32,000 nucleotides of DNA, from the NCBI RefSeq assembly GCF_000010065.1, contig NC_006576.1:1080001-1112000 (forward strand), written 5' to 3'. The translations under genes were made by a program, and so were the position numbers. This DNA comes from Synechococcus elongatus PCC 6301. Lineage in GTDB: Bacteria; Cyanobacteriota; Cyanobacteriia; Synechococcales; Synechococcaceae. Position 1 is the first letter of the stretch. Each line of letters opens with the position of its first letter. Shown here piece by piece: positions 27,469 through 32,000 of the stretch. Below the pieces are notes generated by a model, which searched no databases, was not told the origin of the DNA, and saw only the letters and a list, made by a program, of their open reading frames with translations.

Positions 27469-28290
27469 TTGCCAGGCGTCATCAACTCGGCAGTCCAGAA
27501 CAGTCGCCAGCGCGAGACTTTACGATTCAATATTGTTGTGCCGACGGGGCAAACTGAGCATTTTCAAGCCCTGCTCGAAACAACCTTTCCCTCGCCGCAG
27601 TTCCAGTGGCGACTCGGGACTTTTCAACCCTCTGCCGATCTGGCAGATTACCTCGCCCACAAATACAGTCGCGATCGCGGCGAGCGACTACTAGGGCGCT
27701 TCATGCAGTTCTCACGCGTCTGGCTGCCGCAGGTGTTTCCGGACCTAACGCGGATTCTTTATTTCGATACTGATGTTGTTCTGCTTGAAGACCCAGCCAT
27801 TCTCGATCAACAAGCAGGAGACTTCAACGATCAGATTTTCTTTGCAGCTGTGCCTCACTCTCGACCTGCTTGGCTGTATTTCAAGAAGCCATGGCGAGCC
27901 CACAGCTACATTAAAGCCATGGGAACCACCTTTAACAGTGGCGTGATGGTGACTGACCTACGCTTCTGGACAGAGGCGGTCTATCAACGTATCCAAGCGG
28001 CCCTCGATCGCGATCGCCAATTCCGCTATCGCTTCTTGGAACCTGGTGACGAGGCTCTCCTCAACGCCTGCTTCCCGAACTACCGTGCCCTACCAAAGCG
28101 CTGGAACCGCTGTGGCTATGGCAATGCTCGCTTTGTCGCTCGGCTGTTGGCCTGTGATCCACAAGAGGCAGCAATCATTCACTGGAGCGGCGGTCATCAT
28201 AAGCCGTGGAATACCCACGACATCATCTATGGCGATCTCTGGCGGCGCTATGCCAATCTCCCGGGCCTACTCCTACCCAACCCCATCTAG
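27469..28290 (+). CDS. Family-8 glycosyltransferase (LgtC/RfaJ-like); the N-terminal strand appears to lie in another frame from ATG 27422
   Basis: GT8 motifs: YFDTDVVLLED (DxD), FNSGVMVTDLRFW, GDEALLN, HWSGGHHKPW. The only in-frame start is TTG 27469. See the frameshift finding. Confidence 0.8.
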   Translation: MPGVINSAVQNSRQRETLRFNIVVPTGQTEHFQALLETTFPSPQFQWRLGTFQPSADLADYLAHKYSRDRGERLLGRFMQFSRVWLPQVFPDLTRILYFDTDVVLLEDPAILDQQAGDFNDQIFFAAVPHSRPAWLYFKKPWRAHSYIKAMGTTFNSGVMVTDLRFWTEAVYQRIQAALDRDRQFRYRFLEPGDEALLNACFPNYRALPKRWNRCGYGNARFVARLLACDPQEAAIIHWSGGHHKPWNTHDIIYGDLWRRYANLPGLLLPNPI

Positions 28291-28644
28291 CTGGCTACTG
28301 CTCCTAAAACCAAGACAAGCGATCGCTGTTCTCTCGCTGTCTATATTGATGCAGCAGCAAACTCAATATTTAATTTGAGAGCCGCATTTAACTCTATCCA
28401 GAAAACTACAATCATAGATACAAGAGTGCTACCAACCAAAAACAAAAACCCTAATTCTATAGACAAAGAGCGATAGCTATTAGCTGGTTAACACATATTC
28501 TGTAAGGCATGAATACTTCTAGAAAATTTCAGGACTTCACTGCATCCTAAAGAACTCATAAAACATCTGTCATTGTCTCGCTTGAACACTAAATTGAAGT
28601 CAATAGCCCTTAGTGGCCAGAATTACATTTGAGAAGGGTTAAGG

Positions 28645-29481
28645 ATGTTGAGCCATCCTGAAGGGGGATCTGTGAACAGGGCCTACGCTTACCTCGGTCT
28701 GCTCCTACTCGTGAGCTCTTACTTCACTGCTCCAGCGATCGCTCGGCCAGTGCGTGGGGGTGGCAGTCGCCCCAGCATCAGTAGACCTGTAACCCGACCT
28801 GCTCCCAGTCGGCCAAATGTGAGCCGACCCGTTACGACACCTAATCGTCCCAATATCACTCGACCGATTAATACGCCAAACCGACCCGTTAATGCTCCTA
28901 GTCGGCCTATCACCACTCCTAACCGACCTATCAACAACCCCAATCGGCCCATCAACACGCCAAATCGACCGATTATCAATCAGCCGATCAATAATCGACC
29001 AATCATTAATCGCCCAATTGGTTCTGGCAATACGATCATCAACAACCGCCCAATCAATATCAACAACATCAATACTCGTCCCAATTGGGTCAATCGGAAT
29101 TGGGCAGCCTCTAGGCCTTGGGGAGGTTATGGTTGGTATGGTAGCTGGGCTAATCCACCTTGGGGGTGGTGGACCGCCAATACTGCTATCTGGGGAATTA
29201 CATCTCTTGCCAGCGCTGCCATCATCAGTAGCTCGATTGATAATGCTGTCAGCACAAACGTTGTCTATATTCCAGTTCCTAACAGTTCCTATGAGCTTTA
29301 CTATGGAACCATTGCGCCGACTAGTAGTAGTGTGACAACCTTTGCCTTTGGCTATGAAGGTCAAACCTATCAAGCAGTAGCAGATTGTCAGCAAGGGCTA
29401 CTGAATGGTCAGCCTCCCACGACTGCTGCAGAAGCTGAACTTTTGAATGCTGCTTGTCAGGTTGCTTTTGCCAGCTTCTAG
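28645..29481 (+). CDS. Secreted or surface repeat protein (RP-heptad repeats, Trp/Gly-rich segment, 2-Cys C-terminal domain)
   Basis: The ATG has a GAGAAGGG SD-like element upstream. The signal peptide is YLGLLLLVSSYFTAPAIA|RP. About 17 RP-containing repeats follow. A terminator lies downstream. All three forward and reverse frames stay open over the repeats, but only this one has start, signal and stop context. Confidence 0.7.
   Translation: MLSHPEGGSVNRAYAYLGLLLLVSSYFTAPAIARPVRGGGSRPSISRPVTRPAPSRPNVSRPVTTPNRPNITRPINTPNRPVNAPSRPITTPNRPINNPNRPINTPNRPIINQPINNRPIINRPIGSGNTIINNRPININNINTRPNWVNRNWAASRPWGGYGWYGSWANPPWGWWTANTAIWGITSLASAAIISSSIDNAVSTNVVYIPVPNSSYELYYGTIAPTSSSVTTFAFGYEGQTYQAVADCQQGLLNGQPPTTAAEAELLNAACQVAFASF
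28765..29082 (+). repeat. Degenerate tandem 21-bp (heptad) coding repeats, consensus peptide RPINTPN
   Basis: The peptide reads SRPSISRPVTRPAPSRPNVSRPVTTPNRPNITRPINTPNRPVNAPSRPITTPNRPINNPNRPINTPNRPIINQPINNRPIINRPIG...RPININNINTRPN. Confidence 0.8.
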
Positions 29482-29504
29482 GAATTGATGAAGGTGTTTT
29501 AAAG

Positions 29505-29528
29505 GGTGGGCGATCGCTCACCTTTTTT
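29505..29528 (+). terminator. Rho-independent terminator of the repeat-protein gene (HIP1-centred stem)
   Basis: ggtgggcgatcgctcacc (one G-U pair) followed by tttttt. Confidence 0.7.
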
Positions 29529-29585
29529 GTCTGCTTGAGTCTTCCATTTTACGAGCGATTGCTGGCAATTTTAGCCTCAGAAGTG

Positions 29586-30467
29586 CTACAGCACCGGATC
29601 GCTAGCGCCAAACCGTAGACGCAACAGAGACAACGTCAACACGACTAAAAACAGTGCAAGACCAACAGTACAGGCATAACTGACTTCTAGCTTTTGAAAG
29701 GCCTGCTGATAGACATAATAGACAACAGTTTTAGAGCTATTGAGTGGGCCTCCTTGGGTCATGATGAAAACTTCTTCAAAGACCTTGGTTGCAGAAATTG
29801 CTGAAATCACCGCAACCAGAACAAGGTAGGGACGCATCAGGGGCAGCGTGATGTCTAAGTGGCGTCGCCAGCCATCCGAACCATCCAAGGCCGCAGCTTC
29901 GTAGAGTTCGAGAGGGATGCCCTGTAAACCGGCGAGATAAATCACCATGTAGTAGCCCAGTCCTTTCCAGACCGTCACGGCCATCACACTGAAGAGCGCC
30001 AAGGCTGGACTGGTCAGCCAAGGAATCGGTTGGAATCCTTCGCCAAACACCAACTGCCCGAGTTGGTTGAGTAGACCTGTTTCGGCATAGAGCCACCGCC
30101 AAGCAATTCCTGCAACCACGATCGAGACAATGACGGGGGTGTAGTAGGCCAAGCGGAATAGAGTAATGCCGCGTAGTGGGCGATTGACCAAGATTGCTAG
30201 GCCCAACGGTAGAAAGACCAGCAGCGGCACGACACCAATGAGATAGATAAACGTATTGCCAAGAGTTTTCCAAAAGACGGCATCGTTAAGCAGCCGCTGA
30301 AAATTTTCGAGGCCGACCCACTGGGGCGATCGCGTCAGGTTGTAGTCAAAGCGGGTGAAGCTGAAATAAAAGGCTTGCAGCGCTGGCCAAAACACCGTCA
30401 GACCAAGGATTGTCAGCGCCGGTGCCAAGAATAAGTAGGGGGACAGGCGATCGCGCAATGCAGTCAT
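29586..30467 (-). CDS. Carbohydrate-type ABC transporter permease (MalF/UgpA-like), stand-alone
   Basis: About 293 aa from ATG 30467 (alternative GTG at 30482). It has 6 TM helices and the EAA-loop motif LYEAAALDGSDGWRRHLDITLP. No binding-protein, second-permease or ATPase gene is adjacent. Confidence 0.85.
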   Translation of the reverse strand: MTALRDRLSPYLFLAPALTILGLTVFWPALQAFYFSFTRFDYNLTRSPQWVGLENFQRLLNDAVFWKTLGNTFIYLIGVVPLLVFLPLGLAILVNRPLRGITLFRLAYYTPVIVSIVVAGIAWRWLYAETGLLNQLGQLVFGEGFQPIPWLTSPALALFSVMAVTVWKGLGYYMVIYLAGLQGIPLELYEAAALDGSDGWRRHLDITLPLMRPYLVLVAVISAISATKVFEEVFIMTQGGPLNSSKTVVYYVYQQAFQKLEVSYACTVGLALFLVVLTLSLLRLRFGASDPVL

Positions 30468-30546
30468 GGACACCTCTGGCACAGATAACCGAGGGCGAAG
30501 GCCCCGAAGGTAAAATACTGGTTTCCCCGCTCGGCGTCAGCTTGCC

Positions 30547-31653
30547 ATGTCCGTTCAAATCCCTGTTGCTCTGCCGCAAAACGCCTACGAGATTGCGATC
30601 GCGAATGGGGGATTGGCCGCAGCAGGGACTTGGTTGCAGCAAGCTGATCTGAAGGCGGGCACGAAACTTCTGATTGTGACCAACCCGGCGATCGGGCGGC
30701 GTTACGGCGATCGCCTCGTGGCAGCACTGCAAGAAGCAGGTTTCATCGTCGACTGCCTGACCCTACCGGCTGGCGAACGCTACAAAACGCCAGCAACAGT
30801 TCAACGCATCTATGACAAAGCCCTAGAACTGCGGCTGGAGCGCCGTTCGGCCTTGGTCGCCTTGGGTGGCGGCGTGATTGGTGACATGACAGGTTTTGCG
30901 GCGGCAACCTGGTTGCGCGGCATTAGCTTTGTGCAGATCCCGACCTCCCTGCTGGCAATGGTTGATGCTTCGATTGGGGGCAAAACCGGCGTCAATCATC
31001 CCCGTGGCAAAAACCTGATCGGGGCGTTTCATCAACCCAAGCTGGTGCTAATTGATCCAGAAACGCTACAAACCCTGCCCGTACGGGAGTTCCGTGCCGG
31101 CATGGCTGAGGTAATTAAGTATGGCGTGATTTGGGATCGGGATTTGTTTGAGCGGTTGGAAGCAAGCCCCTTTCTCGATCGCCCGCGATCGCTACCGGCC
31201 AATCTCCTAACGCTGATCTTAGAGCGCTCCTGTCGCGCCAAAGCAGAGGTGGTTGCCAAGGATGAAAAAGAATCGGGCTTGCGGGCCATCCTCAACTACG
31301 GCCATACGATTGGCCACGCCGTCGAAAGTCTGACAGGCTATCGCATCGTTAACCATGGCGAAGCTGTGGCGATCGGGATGGTTGCGGCGGGACGGCTGGC
31401 TGTGGCGCTAGGACTCTGGAATCAGGATGAATGTGATCGCCAAGAAGCCGTGATTGCTAAAGCGGGCTTACCAACACGCCTACCAGAAGGGATTGATCAA
31501 GCTGCAATCGTCGAGGCTCTACAACTCGACAAAAAAGTGCAGGCAGGCAAGGTACGGTTTATTCTGCCAACGACGCTCGGCCACGTCACGATTACCGATC
31601 AGGTACCGAGCCAAACCCTGCAAGAGGTGCTGCAGGCGATCGCCAACCCCTAA
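30547..31653 (+). CDS. aroB: 3-dehydroquinate synthase
   Basis: 368 aa. Motifs: [42 protein letters not shown]. Confidence 0.95.
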   Translation: MSVQIPVALPQNAYEIAIANGGLAAAGTWLQQADLKAGTKLLIVTNPAIGRRYGDRLVAALQEAGFIVDCLTLPAGERYKTPATVQRIYDKALELRLERRSALVALGGGVIGDMTGFAAATWLRGISFVQIPTSLLAMVDASIGGKTGVNHPRGKNLIGAFHQPKLVLIDPETLQTLPVREFRAGMAEVIKYGVIWDRDLFERLEASPFLDRPRSLPANLLTLILERSCRAKAEVVAKDEKESGLRAILNYGHTIGHAVESLTGYRIVNHGEAVAIGMVAAGRLAVALGLWNQDECDRQEAVIAKAGLPTRLPEGIDQAAIVEALQLDKKVQAGKVRFILPTTLGHVTITDQVPSQTLQEVLQAIANP

Positions 31654-31676
31654 GACCTACCGTTGGAGATAGGTGA

Positions 31677-32000
31677 ATGTCCGTTGAAGAAGCCAGTAAA
31701 GCGGTTGTCCGCAACTATGTTGAAGCCTTCAATCGGGGTGATCTTGCAGCCCTCAAAAGCACTCCTAGCAGAGGATGCTGAGATCCAGGGCGTTTTGGGA
31801 CAAGGGCTTTTCGATCGAATCGAGCCCGTTTGGCGTCAATTGATCGAGGGCTACGGCATGCAATTGAGCATCCAAGAACTGATTGCGGAAGGCAATGTGG
31901 TTGCCGCTCGATACCTCGAAACAGGAACGTTTCGGAAGCCAGCGTTTGGACAGCAACCGACAGGTCGATCCTATGAGCTGGTGGCGATCGAATGGTTTGA
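31677..32000 (+). pseudogene. SnoaL-like (ester-cyclase family) gene split between two frames at an A4 run; 3' end outside the window
   Basis: Frame A (ATG 31677) gives MSVEEASKAVVRNYVEAFNRGDLAALK and then stops at 31779-31781. Frame +1 continues from 31759 with ALLAEDAEIQGVLGQGLFDRIEPVWRQLIEGYGMQLSIQELIAEGNVVAARYLETGTFRKPAFGQQPTGRSYELVAIEWF. Confidence 0.55.

Noticed and set aside
28502-28516. GTA-N9-TAC resembling an NtcA box in the AT-rich leader
   Set aside because: NtcA sites are GTA-N8-TAC. The spacing is wrong and no properly spaced -10 follows.
28705-29394. 229-aa minus-strand ORF and the 147-aa alternative plus frame (28892..29335) across the repeat region
   Set aside because: Tandem 21-bp repeats keep every frame open. 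Only the 28645..29481 frame has an SD-like element, a signal peptide and a downstream terminator.
30553-30563. gttcaaatccc, a tRNA T-arm-like string
   Set aside because: It lies in codons 3-6 of aroB, and no acceptor, D or anticodon arms can be built around it. No other tRNA-like signature was found in the window.

Overview
The window looks like core chromosome from a freshwater Synechococcus elongatus-like cyanobacterium. This rests on the very dense HIP1 octamer GCGATCGC, ~55% GC, and the gene content and order; I cannot confirm it without BLAST. Most of the window is housekeeping. Left to right: hslO (3' part), a J-like membrane protein, an orphan OmpR-type response regulator, a YgjP/DUF45 metallopeptidase, ychF, an orphan HlyD-type adaptor, wecB, two hypothetical proteins, TerC, a Pro-rich protein, a CPA2 antiporter with USP-like tail, YciI, an FMN reductase, lipA, a CPBP protease, the acpP-fabF-tktA cluster, psaC, glmS, a TPR protein, queG, pgl, a GT8 glycosyltransferase, an ABC permease and aroB. 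No rRNA, tRNA, CRISPR array, transposase, integrase or reverse transcriptase was found. I see no large multi-gene novel system. The accessory or unexplained parts are small. (1) An AT-rich, HIP1-free DUF433/DUF5615 (PIN-like) two-gene module sits directly behind glmS, followed by a tandem 34-bp-period repeat and an 18-nt palindrome. (2) A toxin-first PIN-RHH pair lies between a CPBP protease gene and lipA. (3) A secreted protein is built from degenerate RPxNTPN heptads and is preceded by a ~320-nt AT-rich leader. (4) A ~300-nt ORF-free AT-rich spacer (7383-7681) carries phased direct repeats and a palindrome. (5) A Pro-rich protein has an internally duplicated C-terminal module. (6) Two genes (GT8, SnoaL-like cyclase) have N-termini in a different frame from the rest, suggesting frameshifts. 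All functional calls come from motif recognition by eye and need database confirmation.
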